Shown here: positions 17,541 to 27,599 of the stretch, piece by piece
Numbering within the stretch: position 1 is the first letter of the stretch
Layout of the letters: every line of letters starts with the position of its first letter
Assembly: GCA_023269035.1 (NCBI GenBank)
Contig: JAHFMJ010000004.1
Coordinates: 1-52,940, forward strand
Direction: 5' to 3'
Source: Candidatus Kaiserbacteria bacterium
GTDB lineage: Bacteria; Patescibacteriota; Minisyncoccia; Phycocordibacterales; Phycocordibacteraceae
Length of the DNA stretch: 52,940 nt
Notes under the pieces: generated by a model
What the model was told of the DNA's origin: nothing
Databases searched by the model: none
What the model saw: only the letters and a program-made list of their open reading frames with translations
Program-made: the position numbers and the translations under genes

Positions 17541-18695
17541 ATGCCCAACCCACTCCCTTTTAGAAAAGAAGATGCGATTAAGGTTCCTATCCTATCGGTT
17601 AAGCAACCTATTGGTACTTTTTATATAGCTACTATTGGCGCAAAAGATGCTGCAGATATTTGTTCTGCCGAATGGCGTCATGCTGATTTCGACACACGAG
17701 ATGAGCTCGAGGAATACATTGGTATTCAACGTCCCTTAAATAAAAAACGCATCGAAGAGATAAAAAAATATGTGAAAACATGGGATGCAACTTTCCCCAA
17801 TTCCATTATTCTTGCGGTGAGACCCGATTATTATTTTATAGAAAGTGAGTCTACAATGTACATAAAACGAGATTCACACTCCACTAACATCATTGATGGA
17901 CAACATCGTCTTGCTGGATTTGACTCTGAATCAGGGAACGATTTTCAATTAATAGTAGCTTTATTTCCAGAACTCGAACTCGAAGAGCAGGCATATATTT
18001 TCTCTGTAGTGAACACAAAGATGACTCGAATTAACCCCTCACTATCTCAGGACTTGTATGCATTTGCCACGCTCGATACTCCCGAAAAACTCGCCCATAA
18101 TATTGCACGTGACTTTAATCGTGACATAGCCAATCCTTGGTATGACAAAATAAAAATGCTTGGTCATAGAGATGCGGGTTCGAGCGCGGTCCTGTCTCAA
18201 AGTACGTTCACGAGGGAAATTATTGCTTACATATATAATCCAAAAAGGGCCTATGAAATAAGAGATTTCTTGCACCGGACAACTAATAATCGTTCAACAT
18301 TAAGCACTTTCTACTCCGAGAACGAAGCTGAAAGGTTCATTTTCTGGAAACCGTATGTGGACGGTAAAGATAAATATATTTATTCCGTTTTGAAAAATTA
18401 TTTTGCTGCAGTAAAAGAGGTCTACTCTCAAGAATGGGATGATGCACACCAAATTCTTACAAAAACTACTGGCTACAGTGCATTGATGCACGTTCTTGTT
18501 AATGTCTATCGTCTTGGTTTATCAAAAAAAGATTTATCCCAAGATTTTTTTGTATCGTTGTTTGTTAAAGCAAAATCCAGTAATAAGGTAAAAAACTTTA
18601 TTTCGACAAATTACAACCCAGGAAAAGTCGGAGAAAAGAAATTATCTGACGATTTTCTCAACGGAATGGAACTTATCAATGAAAATGAAACCTAA
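17541..18695 (+). CDS. DGQHR domain protein (DndB/ParB-Srx-like)
   Basis: IQRPL, FPNSIIL, IIDGQHRL and QAYIF..VN motifs. Confidence 0.9.
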   Translation: MPNPLPFRKEDAIKVPILSVKQPIGTFYIATIGAKDAADICSAEWRHADFDTRDELEEYIGIQRPLNKKRIEEIKKYVKTWDATFPNSIILAVRPDYYFIESESTMYIKRDSHSTNIIDGQHRLAGFDSESGNDFQLIVALFPELELEEQAYIFSVVNTKMTRINPSLSQDLYAFATLDTPEKLAHNIARDFNRDIANPWYDKIKMLGHRDAGSSAVLSQSTFTREIIAYIYNPKRAYEIRDFLHRTTNNRSTLSTFYSENEAERFIFWKPYVDGKDKYIYSVLKNYFAAVKEVYSQEWDDAHQILTKTTGYSALMHVLVNVYRLGLSKKDLSQDFFVSLFVKAKSSNKVKNFISTNYNPGKVGEKKLSDDFLNGMELINENET

Positions 18696-19521
18696 AGTTC
18701 CCACATTCTTAAAATGGGCTGGAGGAAAGAGGCGTATTTTGAATGCTCTCCAACCATTGTTTCCGAAGAAGATAGAAAGATATTTTGAACCTTTCCTAGG
18801 TGGTGGCTCCATGTTCTTTTACGTGATGCAAAAATATAGACCATCATTCGCAACGATTTCCGATATCAATGCTGACTTAGTGGAAGTCTATAAAACAGTA
18901 CGTGACAACCCACATGAGCTTATTAAAAAGCTTAAGGGATTCAAAAAGAAAGATTCAGAGGAGTTTTATTATCGGACAAGAGATTTATTTAATCAAAAAA
19001 AACTTCAAGGAACCGAAAGAAGTGCAGCATTCATCTACATGAACAAAACCGCTTACAGTGGGCTGTTCCGTGTAAATTCCAAAAATGAATTCAACGTTCC
19101 CTATGGACGTTATAAGAATGCAGAGGTCTTTGATGAGGAGACTCTTTCTCAAGCGAGTACCCTTTTGCAAGGAGTTGAGATTAAATGTCAGGACTACAGG
19201 GATATTCTAGGAGAAATCCAAGATGAGGATTTTATCTATCTTGACCCTTGTTATGATCCCATTAAAAAGACCAGTTTCGTTCAATATACTCCGGAGAAAT
19301 TTTCAAAATCTGATAGAGAGCGTTTATCCAGATTCGTCCTGAGCGCTCAGAAACGAGGCGCAAAGGTGTTACTAAGTAACAACAACGTATCTAGGGTCAA
19401 GAGGTTGTACCCAGGTTTTTATTTTCACCCTATTAATGCGCCGCGTAGTCTTGGGGCGAGAGTAGGAGCTAAGTCGGAGGTCATAGAACTTGCTATAAAA
19501 AACTATGCTTCTGTCGTGTGA
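18679..19521 (+). CDS. dam: Dam-family DNA adenine methyltransferase
   Basis: KWAGGK, YFEPFLGGG, GLFRVNSKNEFNVPYG and YLDPCY (DPPY variant). Confidence 0.85.
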   Translation: MKMKPKVPTFLKWAGGKRRILNALQPLFPKKIERYFEPFLGGGSMFFYVMQKYRPSFATISDINADLVEVYKTVRDNPHELIKKLKGFKKKDSEEFYYRTRDLFNQKKLQGTERSAAFIYMNKTAYSGLFRVNSKNEFNVPYGRYKNAEVFDEETLSQASTLLQGVEIKCQDYRDILGEIQDEDFIYLDPCYDPIKKTSFVQYTPEKFSKSDRERLSRFVLSAQKRGAKVLLSNNNVSRVKRLYPGFYFHPINAPRSLGARVGAKSEVIELAIKNYASVV

Positions 19522-19961
19522 AAAAACAGTACATTCGTGATGGCAGGTCACCTATTCCAAAGGATGAGAGAACATCCCGCGCAATGAGTGCGATACGGGC
19601 AAATAATACTAAGCCAGAACTGACTGCACGAAGGCTCCTTTCAAAGTGGAAAATAAAAGGATATCGATTGAATTGGAAGAAAGCACCAGGCAGACCGGAT
19701 ATAGCCTTCCCAAAAAAGAAAGTCGCTATTTTTGTTCATGGTTGTTTTTGGCACGGTTGTCCGTACTCGAAACCCAAGTTACCAAAAACGCATAGAGCTT
19801 TTTGGAGAAAGAAGATCGAGACGAACAAGCTACGCGATAAACGAAAAGTGCGAGAACTACACCGCCTTGGCTGGACGTCGATCACGGTCTGGGCTTGTAG
19901 GCTTGACTCTGATAGGGGAAGGGACAACTTTGTTAAAAGTGTCCGCCTTGCTCTTCAGTGA
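19518..19961 (+). CDS. vsr: Very short patch repair endonuclease
   Basis: SRAMSAIR, NTKPEL, PGRPDI, FVHGCFWHGC and VWAC motifs. Confidence 0.92.
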   Translation: MKKQYIRDGRSPIPKDERTSRAMSAIRANNTKPELTARRLLSKWKIKGYRLNWKKAPGRPDIAFPKKKVAIFVHGCFWHGCPYSKPKLPKTHRAFWRKKIETNKLRDKRKVRELHRLGWTSITVWACRLDSDRGRDNFVKSVRLALQ

Positions 19962-21248
19962 CTCTTTGTGGGCTTTGCTTAAAGCTATTCCGATACGCTC
20001 TACTACACCCACGACCAGTGCATTGCCCATAAAGAAGGCCCGACGGACGTCAGAGATGCCTTCAAGTTCTGTGTGGTTATCTGGGAACATACATAGGCGT
20101 TCAAGCTCCAGCGGGGTGAGGCGTCTATACTTACCTGATGCTGTTTTTATTACATGCTTGAAACGTGACGCAGTTGCGCCGCCCTCCCCAGTTACTATCG
20201 TGCGTGATGGCTTTTCAAGGGGATCAGGGAATGCCATAGACCCTTCTGTGTAGTTGAACTTAAAACCATTTTGACCCTGCCGCTCCTCATTCTTTGCACC
20301 TTTTAAATATTTCCATTGCTTAAGAGTGCCATTAACGAAATAGGTCTCAGGTACTTTTTGCTCATCAATAAGAATATCACCAAGGGTTTTTTGCCGCCCT
20401 CCGTAGTTAGCTACTACCGGGATCGAATAGAATGCTCTACCTTTCATAAAACCGGCGTTATAGAAAGGACTTGTAGCAGGCGAATCTGTGTTGAATTGTT
20501 CTGTAATATCCGCGTAACTTCCTATTAAATTATCCGAGGTCGGAAGACCTGCTTTTGCAGATACAGGGAACCCTGAGGCCAGGATGCCTTTCTCTGTGAT
20601 TATTTCCGTAGACTCCATCGCGTCCATTTGACGATATATGTCCGTTGATTTGTGATAACCCACGATAAAAATACGACGTCTTCGTTGTGGCATTCCATAT
20701 TCTGCGGCGTTGACCACGCGCCACTCGACTGCATATCCGAGGTCAGCAAGTGTTGCCAACATAATGGCAAAGTCACGACCTCGCTGCGAGGCAGGGGATT
20801 TTAATAAACGATCAACGTTCTCCAAAAATATATACTTAACAGGCCTTTTCTCTTTTTGTTTAAGCTCAAGGATATTCCGTATCTCCCACCAGAGAACGCC
20901 CTTTCTCCCGGCAATCCCGGCAGCTTGGCTCAATGTTCTGGCGACAGAATAATCTTGGCAGGGGAATCCTCCGACCAAGACGTCGTGGTCAGGTATTTTG
21001 AAGTCGCCTTGCTGTGCTTTTTTTACTACTTCTGAAATATTGGTGTTAGTGAACTGACGTTCTTCCCCTGGTAATGGCGCGAACCGAGAAGCGTAAACAT
21101 CGTGGGCGTGTTGTTTTTTTGTACCAGGTTCCCATTGGTTGAACCAGACTGTTATAAAGTCTTTTTCACGCTCTCCTTTTTTCCCGGAAAGCCCGAGACG
21201 GAAACCTCCTACCCCAGCAAAAAGCTCAACCACCCTAAGCGGTTGCAT
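19857..21248 (-). CDS. dcm: DNA (cytosine-5)-methyltransferase, M.Sau3AI-like
   Basis: VELFAGVGG, NQWEP, GGFPCQDYSVA, ENVDRLL, PQRRRR and FMGNAL motifs. Confidence 0.92.
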   Translation of the reverse strand: MQPLRVVELFAGVGGFRLGLSGKKGEREKDFITVWFNQWEPGTKKQHAHDVYASRFAPLPGEERQFTNTNISEVVKKAQQGDFKIPDHDVLVGGFPCQDYSVARTLSQAAGIAGRKGVLWWEIRNILELKQKEKRPVKYIFLENVDRLLKSPASQRGRDFAIMLATLADLGYAVEWRVVNAAEYGMPQRRRRIFIVGYHKSTDIYRQMDAMESTEIITEKGILASGFPVSAKAGLPTSDNLIGSYADITEQFNTDSPATSPFYNAGFMKGRAFYSIPVVANYGGRQKTLGDILIDEQKVPETYFVNGTLKQWKYLKGAKNEERQGQNGFKFNYTEGSMAFPDPLEKPSRTIVTGEGGATASRFKHVIKTASGKYRRLTPLELERLCMFPDNHTELEGISDVRRAFFMGNALVVGVVERIGIALSKAHKESLKSKADTFNKVVPSPIRVKPTSPDRDRRPAKAV

Positions 21249-21343
21249 GATATTGGTTCGATCGGTATGGTGCTTACGAGAACCCATACTCTGATCTTAT
21301 CAAACTTTGTTCATTCGATCAAGATCGAGTTATCAACACCTCC

Positions 21344-22117
21344 ATGACAGACCATTTAAAGCCGTATCTTCAAGTAAACAAAAAAGATATCGCCATTAAG
21401 GTGGCAGGCCCGAAACGAATGGCTCGCATTATTGAGGCAATAGGTTGGCCCAGTGGTTCACAGAATACTCTGCGTTATCAATCTCTATGGGAAGGTTACG
21501 GTTATTCTATCAAATTAGGAAAACCAGGGAAGGAAGCGGCCGTCGACTATATGAATTGCCGGTATCTCGATGGCCATAAGGGTAATAATCCGAACGATAT
21601 GCGACCGTCGATATTCCGCAACGGTGTATTGGTAGAACAACATCTAGCATCGTTCATAGATATTTTCGACGAGATGCAGAAGTTTAATGATTCTGACCCT
21701 ATCGCCATAGAGATAATAGGATGTCTATTGTTTAGGTCTGCTTATATGCTCGACCACGTCGAAGTTAGGACTGGTATATGGAGATACCAACCTGCTGAGC
21801 AGGTTGTTCAAGCATTACAGCGCCGTTTGCCTGTAGCAGAAGGTGTGCCCGTAGAAGCATTCCTTCATTTTCTTGATGCCCTGGCATGGAATGAGGACGT
21901 GAAATATTACACTCTCGGATATGATGTGATACGAAAAGGAACCGGTAGAAAAAACAACTTGCTGACTTGTGCGAATCTTATCGGTGTTCTATTGAATAAG
22001 GTTCGAATATCAAAATTTGCAGGAACCTTTGGTCGTCCCCCGGTCGGTATTTCTCCGATTTCGAACCTAGAAGCATTCCGTGTTTTTTCTGATTTAGAAC
22101 CAAAAATCGAGAAATAA
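21344..22117 (+). CDS. Hypothetical protein, putative restriction endonuclease
   Basis: Divergent from the C5 MTase, 257 aa; function inferred from context only. Confidence 0.5.
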   Translation: MTDHLKPYLQVNKKDIAIKVAGPKRMARIIEAIGWPSGSQNTLRYQSLWEGYGYSIKLGKPGKEAAVDYMNCRYLDGHKGNNPNDMRPSIFRNGVLVEQHLASFIDIFDEMQKFNDSDPIAIEIIGCLLFRSAYMLDHVEVRTGIWRYQPAEQVVQALQRRLPVAEGVPVEAFLHFLDALAWNEDVKYYTLGYDVIRKGTGRKNNLLTCANLIGVLLNKVRISKFAGTFGRPPVGISPISNLEAFRVFSDLEPKIEK

Positions 22118-22151
22118 ACACCTCACTTAACTAATCCCTGAATTTGATACG

Positions 22152-22601
22152 ATGGGAAAAATGAAGATACACGAACTCGGACATGTGGTTTTGTATGTGA
22201 CCAACCTTGAGTTGGTGGGGGATTTTTATCGCGACACGCTTGGGTTTAGGGAGGTGGTCCGGCAATGGCCCATCGCGGCGTTTTCCTCAGGCCGGACGCA
22301 CCACGAGATGCTTTTGATCGAGGTCGGTGGGGTGGCCGAGCACTCTGCGCGGCCAACACCAGGCCTCTACCATATCGGGTTTAAGGTTGCCGACTCGCAC
22401 GAGGAGTTACGAGCGGTATATAAGGAGTTGAAGGAGAAAAAGGTACCCATCCTCGGCACCACCGACCACGGCGTCACGCACTCTATTTATATTCTCGACC
22501 CGGACGGCAACGAGCTCGAGCTCTACGCCGACGTTAGCGACGAGTGGAAGCGTAACCCGGCCGCGATAGGCGAGGAGGCCAAACCGCTCAATCTTGAGTA
22601 G
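22152..22601 (+). CDS. VOC/glyoxalase family protein
   Basis: LGHVVL, FYRDTLG, GLYHIGF and YILDPDGNELEL motifs. Confidence 0.9.
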   Translation: MGKMKIHELGHVVLYVTNLELVGDFYRDTLGFREVVRQWPIAAFSSGRTHHEMLLIEVGGVAEHSARPTPGLYHIGFKVADSHEELRAVYKELKEKKVPILGTTDHGVTHSIYILDPDGNELELYADVSDEWKRNPAAIGEEAKPLNLE

Positions 22602-22670
22602 GCCGCCGCACCCCTCAAGCACAAGTTATCCGTGGAGGGTTTTATACGCGCTACACTGTAAGGAGCACCC

Positions 22671-23306
22671 ATGGCTCTTTTTCTTGTTACGCGGCCGTAT
22701 ACTCATGATGAAAAAGAGCGCGCCATCGCGCATGCGCGGTCGGGCGCAACGCCCGACCGCGACTACTACCTCCTCGTAGCGGGTGCGGTAGTCTTTGCGC
22801 TCTGCGGCATCTTCCTTGACAGCATCCCGGTGCTCATTGGCGCCATGATAGTGGCACCCTTGGCAGGGCCGATACTCGGATTATCCCTCGGCCTCGCGCG
22901 CGGTGAGTGGATGCTCGTCGCGCGCTCGGGAGCGATGCTTGTAGCATCGCTTCTTATTGCCTTTGTCATCTCCTCAATCGGTGTCTCGCTCCTCGGGCCG
23001 CTCCGCGCCGACTCGATCTACATCACATTCGTCGCACACCCGTTCTTCGACCTGCTCATCGCCTTTGTCGCTGGCATCATTGCAGCCTATGGCCTGATGC
23101 GCGAGCGGGTAGGGAACGCGATGGTCGGCGTGGGTGTTGCAATATCGCTCATGCCGCCTTTGGTCGCGACCGCAGTCGCGCTTGCCGAAGGGCTCCTCCC
23201 GGGCGCCGAACAAGCGTTTCTCATATTTATGTTTAACGTCATCGGCATTATAGCGGGGAGCGCGCTTATTTTTATTACTTTCGGTCTTAACCGTTTTAAA
23301 ATATGA
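22671..23306 (+). CDS. DUF389/TIGR00341 family membrane protein
   Basis: IGAMIVAPL, GVGVAISLMPPL and FNV motifs. Confidence 0.8.
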   Translation: MALFLVTRPYTHDEKERAIAHARSGATPDRDYYLLVAGAVVFALCGIFLDSIPVLIGAMIVAPLAGPILGLSLGLARGEWMLVARSGAMLVASLLIAFVISSIGVSLLGPLRADSIYITFVAHPFFDLLIAFVAGIIAAYGLMRERVGNAMVGVGVAISLMPPLVATAVALAEGLLPGAEQAFLIFMFNVIGIIAGSALIFITFGLNRFKI

Positions 23307-24487
23307 AAAAATATCTCACGCTCTCAATCATCGCGTTCATGCTTCCCCTCGGAGCCTTTGCTCTGGTTGATGCCCCGGCGATGGACACCACGACCCCAGA
23401 TACCTCAACTACTGACACGGCAACCGAAATGCCCGCGGGGCCAACGGTGAGCAATGCGCGTGTAACCAACATCACTGACACCACGGCGGAAGTAGATATA
23501 GATACGGACGAGATGGTGCAGGGCTATGTGGAATACGGAAAAGACACGACCTACGGCATGTCGACTCCGTTGACCGCCGAGTTCACCGCCTCTCCGATGT
23601 TCTATCTCAGCGGCCTCACACCGGAGACCCTCTACCACTACCGTGTCATCGTGATGGACACTGCCGGCAACGCGGCCATCACGACCGATAGCACTTTTAC
23701 AACGCTTGCGACTCCGGCTCCGCAAGAGGAGCCGACCACTCCTCCGCCGACAACGAGTACGACAACCTCTTCCACCACAACCACACCGCCGCCCTCCACC
23801 GCAACAACTACGCAGACCTCAACGCCACCATCGGTAACTCCGCCCGTTGTTACAGTGCCCACTCCCGCTCCGATTTCAAAAGTCTCTACCCCACTTCCCC
23901 CCATTACTTCAGCAGGTGGACTGCCAGTCGCACCGTTCCGTCCGCTCCTCTTGCAGGTACAGGCGCTCGACGGCAAAGTCGCCTTCAGCTGGAAAAAAGA
24001 CGCTGGAGTGAAGAACGGCACTATTCACACGCTCATTGTCAGGAAACAGGGCAGCGACTACGTAAGCTCGCGCGTCGACGGCACCGTGGTCTATGACGGG
24101 ACCGATCAGAGCTTCACCGACACCGACGTTGTCAACGGGACCGAGTACCACTATGCGCTCTACTCATACGGTATCTACGGGCGTTTCTCGCCTGCGGCAC
24201 GTCTGAAAGCCATACCGACAGCGAGAAAGACCGAAGTGTCGCGCGCGACGTCACCTCAACCACCAGTGCCGATACTCGCCCGTGACCTGTATCGCGGCCT
24301 CTCGGGCGACGACGTAAAACACCTGCAAGCCTACCTTGCCGGGCATGGGTTTTATCCTGAAGCGCAGATCACCGGCTACTTTGGCTCCTTGACCCGTGCC
24401 GCAGTCATGCGTTTCCAGAAGCTGAACGGCATCGGCCCGGCAGCCGGGTACGTCGGCGCGCTCACGCGTGATGCGCTCGGGCAATAG
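23303..24487 (+). CDS. Secreted FN3-like protein with Thr/Pro linker and C-terminal peptidoglycan-binding domain
   Basis: VEYG, LSGLTPETLYHYRV; G.SGDDVKHLQ...GYFG.LT.AAV..FQ. Confidence 0.8.
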   Translation: MKKYLTLSIIAFMLPLGAFALVDAPAMDTTTPDTSTTDTATEMPAGPTVSNARVTNITDTTAEVDIDTDEMVQGYVEYGKDTTYGMSTPLTAEFTASPMFYLSGLTPETLYHYRVIVMDTAGNAAITTDSTFTTLATPAPQEEPTTPPPTTSTTTSSTTTTPPPSTATTTQTSTPPSVTPPVVTVPTPAPISKVSTPLPPITSAGGLPVAPFRPLLLQVQALDGKVAFSWKKDAGVKNGTIHTLIVRKQGSDYVSSRVDGTVVYDGTDQSFTDTDVVNGTEYHYALYSYGIYGRFSPAARLKAIPTARKTEVSRATSPQPPVPILARDLYRGLSGDDVKHLQAYLAGHGFYPEAQITGYFGSLTRAAVMRFQKLNGIGPAAGYVGALTRDALGQ

Positions 24488-24506
24488 GTTTATAATTATG
24501 GAAGGT

Positions 24507-25070
24507 ATGGAATGGCATACGGTAACTAAGTTTTCGCAGGCAGTCGCTATTATTCTTTTCGTCGGGGTTTTTGCGCTCGGGTTCTTCCTGGGAGGGGAGT
24601 ACCAGAAGAGCGCCAGCGTGCCGGTCTCCACTCCGCTGCCGACGGGAGGGCTCGCGGGCGACCACTGTGGCGGATTCATCAAGGACGCGCCCACATGCGC
24701 CGCAGGCTTTCATTGTCAGCTCAAGATATCGAATCCTGACACGGGTGGCATCTGCGTCGCCGACCCGAAAGAGCTTTCCGTTAAGCTCGGCGGTACGATC
24801 TCTGCCTTAGGGGTTTCGATAACGCCAACGAGCGTGCTCGAGGACAGCCGTTGCCCCACTGACGTGCAGTGCATCCAGGCCGGTACGGTACGATTGAGTG
24901 CAACGATTGTCAGCGGTATGGGCACCGCGACGCAAACATTTGAGCTTAATAAGGCGGTGACGACCGAAGCCGAGCAGATAACCTTGGTAAAGGTCGACCC
25001 GGCGCCGCTCTCCACAGAGCCTCGCGCTTCGCGTGACTACACGTTCTATTTTGAAATAACGTCGCGCTAA
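24507..25070 (+). CDS. Membrane-anchored Cys-containing hypothetical protein
   Basis: N-terminal TM, CGG..C...C domain, EDSRCP.DVQCIQAG. Confidence 0.7.
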   Translation: MEWHTVTKFSQAVAIILFVGVFALGFFLGGEYQKSASVPVSTPLPTGGLAGDHCGGFIKDAPTCAAGFHCQLKISNPDTGGICVADPKELSVKLGGTISALGVSITPTSVLEDSRCPTDVQCIQAGTVRLSATIVSGMGTATQTFELNKAVTTEAEQITLVKVDPAPLSTEPRASRDYTFYFEITSR

Positions 25071-25090
25071 GACAGACGGTGCTGACTCTA

Positions 25091-25867
25091 ATGAACTATA
25101 ACGAGACAAAAAAGAAATTTAACGCCGCTAAGGATCTTCTCTCGGGCTCCTCGACGACGAGCACCAAGGTGAGGGCCGCTCTTGCTCTGCTCAAGGGCCT
25201 GCATCCTGATATCGACACGAAGTTGGCGATGTGCGACGAGCATCTTGCCGCGATAGAAAAGCTCGAAGGCGGCTCTCTCATCGAGCTCTCTGCGGAGGCT
25301 CTGCCGGAGGAGACGGAAGAGCAAAAGAAGCGCAAGCGCTTGCTGCTCCTCTTCATACGCAGTTGGGACGACCTCAAGAGCGAGGTGGCACGGGTAGAAA
25401 AGGAGTTTGATAACGCAAAAAATAATAACGGCGGACAGGGGAGCGGCGGCATGCCGATGTGGAAGAGGATATTGAGCGCTGCAAAGGGGCCGCTTGCCAT
25501 CGTCACCGTCGTCGCGATAGCGATTGCCGCACTCCAGGTGAGCGCGGTTGATGTGACTATAAAGAACGATGGCTGTGGCACCCTGCAGGTGAGCTCGAGC
25601 ATTCCCATTTCACTCCGCGGCCTCTCGCTCCCAAGCGGGCCTATTGCTAATGGCGGTTCAGCAAACGCGAGCTTGCCACCGCTCGCAGTCTCGGTGGACG
25701 GCACGAAGCTCGGAGTCATCGCCATGAGCGCGTTCGGCATGCACCTCTCCTTCAACCTCCCTGGCGTGAGCGACGTACAGCTCGACGGCGCCTCGCTCAT
25801 GGGCAAGAAGACGGAGGTAAAGCTAGGAGACAAGCCGGCACATGAGCTGCGCCTCGTGTGCAAATAA
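25091..25867 (+). CDS. Hypothetical single-TM protein
   Basis: Helical N-terminus, TM segment, beta-rich C-terminus. Confidence 0.65.
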   Translation: MNYNETKKKFNAAKDLLSGSSTTSTKVRAALALLKGLHPDIDTKLAMCDEHLAAIEKLEGGSLIELSAEALPEETEEQKKRKRLLLLFIRSWDDLKSEVARVEKEFDNAKNNNGGQGSGGMPMWKRILSAAKGPLAIVTVVAIAIAALQVSAVDVTIKNDGCGTLQVSSSIPISLRGLSLPSGPIANGGSANASLPPLAVSVDGTKLGVIAMSAFGMHLSFNLPGVSDVQLDGASLMGKKTEVKLGDKPAHELRLVCK

Positions 25868-25871
25868 CGAT

Positions 25872-26192
25872 ATGGGATTCATCGGACGATACATCGCCTA
25901 CCTGAAAGACAACCCGCACGGGTATTGGTTCAAGCGCAAACTCTATGGGTGGGGCTGGGTGCCAGCGCGTAGAGAAGGGTGGCTCGTCATTGCCGCATAC
26001 GTCGCGCTCTTTGCGGTCGGCGAAGTGCGGGTCATCAGGCGTGTCGAGATATACACGCTGACAACTCAAAACGTCATCTTCTTTGCCGCCTATGCTTCCG
26101 TCATTACCCTTATCCTCATACGTATTTGCTACACTAAAGGCGAAAAACCGAAATGGATGTGGGGTGTCCGGAAGAAGATTGGTCAGGAATAG
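25872..26192 (+). CDS. Small membrane protein
   Basis: WFKRKLYGWGWVP..EGW and KGEKPKW.WG. Confidence 0.7.
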   Translation: MGFIGRYIAYLKDNPHGYWFKRKLYGWGWVPARREGWLVIAAYVALFAVGEVRVIRRVEIYTLTTQNVIFFAAYASVITLILIRICYTKGEKPKWMWGVRKKIGQE

Positions 26193-26250
26193 TCGAGCAA
26201 ACGACCTTTTCATCGAAGTTTCACCACCACAAGGAGTATACTTTAAGGCT

Positions 26251-26913
26251 ATGAACAAAGTTCTCATTTGGATAGGTGTTTGCATCGTACTCGTTGTCGG
26301 GGCGTTCTTTATTTTTAAGAACTCAGTACCTCCCGAAACACAGGGGACGGTGCCGCAACCGTCGAAGGATACACTGACTCTCAGTGGAGGCGATATCACG
26401 CTCGTGTTGCCGGTCGACTTCGGCCTTGCAACGAGTGCGGAGCAGGTGCCGGTCAAGAGCTACATCCCGCCATGCTCAGAGGGCTTTGAGTATTGCTTCT
26501 ACTACAACAACCCCCAATTTCAGGGAACCAACTTTGAAAGCGCGGGGCTCTCTATACGCCACCGCGCGGGCCTTTCGACACAAGACGCGTGCGTTACCAC
26601 GATGCCGGACGGCTATAACAACACCGAGCATGTAACGCAGAGTGCCGAAGGCTATCGTGCGGCGATGTTCGCGGTCGGCGACGCGGGCGCCGGGCACTAT
26701 GCAAGCGGCAAGGTATACCGCATCGCGCTCTCCACCACGTGCTACGAGTTTGAGACCCGGATAGGGGAGACTCAGTTTGCCAACTATTCTCCCGGCAGCA
26801 TCAAAGAATTTACCGCCACTGACCGTGCGACGGTCGAGCTTGCGCTCGCGCGCATCCTCGAGCATGCCACACTCTCCTCGGGAGCGACCATCGTCTTTCC
26901 GCAAGGGGAGTAA
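26251..26913 (+). CDS. Membrane-anchored hypothetical protein
   Basis: N-terminal TM; ATG 8 nt after TATACT. Confidence 0.7.
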   Translation: MNKVLIWIGVCIVLVVGAFFIFKNSVPPETQGTVPQPSKDTLTLSGGDITLVLPVDFGLATSAEQVPVKSYIPPCSEGFEYCFYYNNPQFQGTNFESAGLSIRHRAGLSTQDACVTTMPDGYNNTEHVTQSAEGYRAAMFAVGDAGAGHYASGKVYRIALSTTCYEFETRIGETQFANYSPGSIKEFTATDRATVELALARILEHATLSSGATIVFPQGE

Positions 26914-26972
26914 GAGGGACGGAATGTGACCCCTTTTTGACAAGGGAGTCGCAATTCGTTACCCTTCCGCGC

Positions 26973-27599
26973 ATGGCAACCATCTTGCGCGAGCTGGGGC
27001 TCCGCCATCAGTGGCTCTATGACTCTATCGTCTTCGGCGCGAGCTTGACCTTTGGCGGCGAATTCCGCCTCAGGCACCTGGCGCTCGAGTACCTGCGCAT
27101 AGCGCCCGACACGCGGGTGCTCGACCTTTGCTGTGGCGGCGGACAGGCGACAAAGTGCCTCGCTGAGAAGTCGCACTACGTCACCGGGCTTGATATTTCT
27201 GAGCACTCGATTGCGCATGCGCGCCGGGCCGTCCCCGAAGCCTCGTTCATTGTCGCTTCAGCGACTGACATCCCGTTCCCTGATTCCTCGTTTGACATCG
27301 TCCACACGAGCCTCGCTTTTCATGAGATGACCGCCTCGCAAATAGAGAGGATACTTGCGGAAGCGTTTCGCGTGCTAAAGCCCGGCGGGACGCTCACGGT
27401 CCTCGACTTCCACTACCCGCACAATGCGTTTTTCCGCGTGGCGCTCTTCTTCGATTTTTTCATATTTGAGACGGAGACGGCTTGGGATTTCATCGCGAGT
27501 AATTTTACAGGGCGCGTCACACGTGCAGGGTTTACGGTCCAAAGGGAGTACCTGCACGCCGGCGGCAGCTTTCAGGTGCTCCAAGCGTCCAGGCTTTAG
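26973..27599 (+). CDS. Class I SAM-dependent methyltransferase (UbiE-like)
   Basis: VLDLCCGGG, GLDIS, PFPDSSFD and RVLKPGG motifs. Confidence 0.88.
   Translation: MATILRELGLRHQWLYDSIVFGASLTFGGEFRLRHLALEYLRIAPDTRVLDLCCGGGQATKCLAEKSHYVTGLDISEHSIAHARRAVPEASFIVASATDIPFPDSSFDIVHTSLAFHEMTASQIERILAEAFRVLKPGGTLTVLDFHYPHNAFFRVALFFDFFIFETETAWDFIASNFTGRVTRAGFTVQREYLHAGGSFQVLQASRL

Noticed and set aside
23700-23900. ACC/ACG/CCG-rich low-complexity tract
   Set aside because: Ordinary Thr/Pro linker in a secreted protein, not a DNA repeat element.
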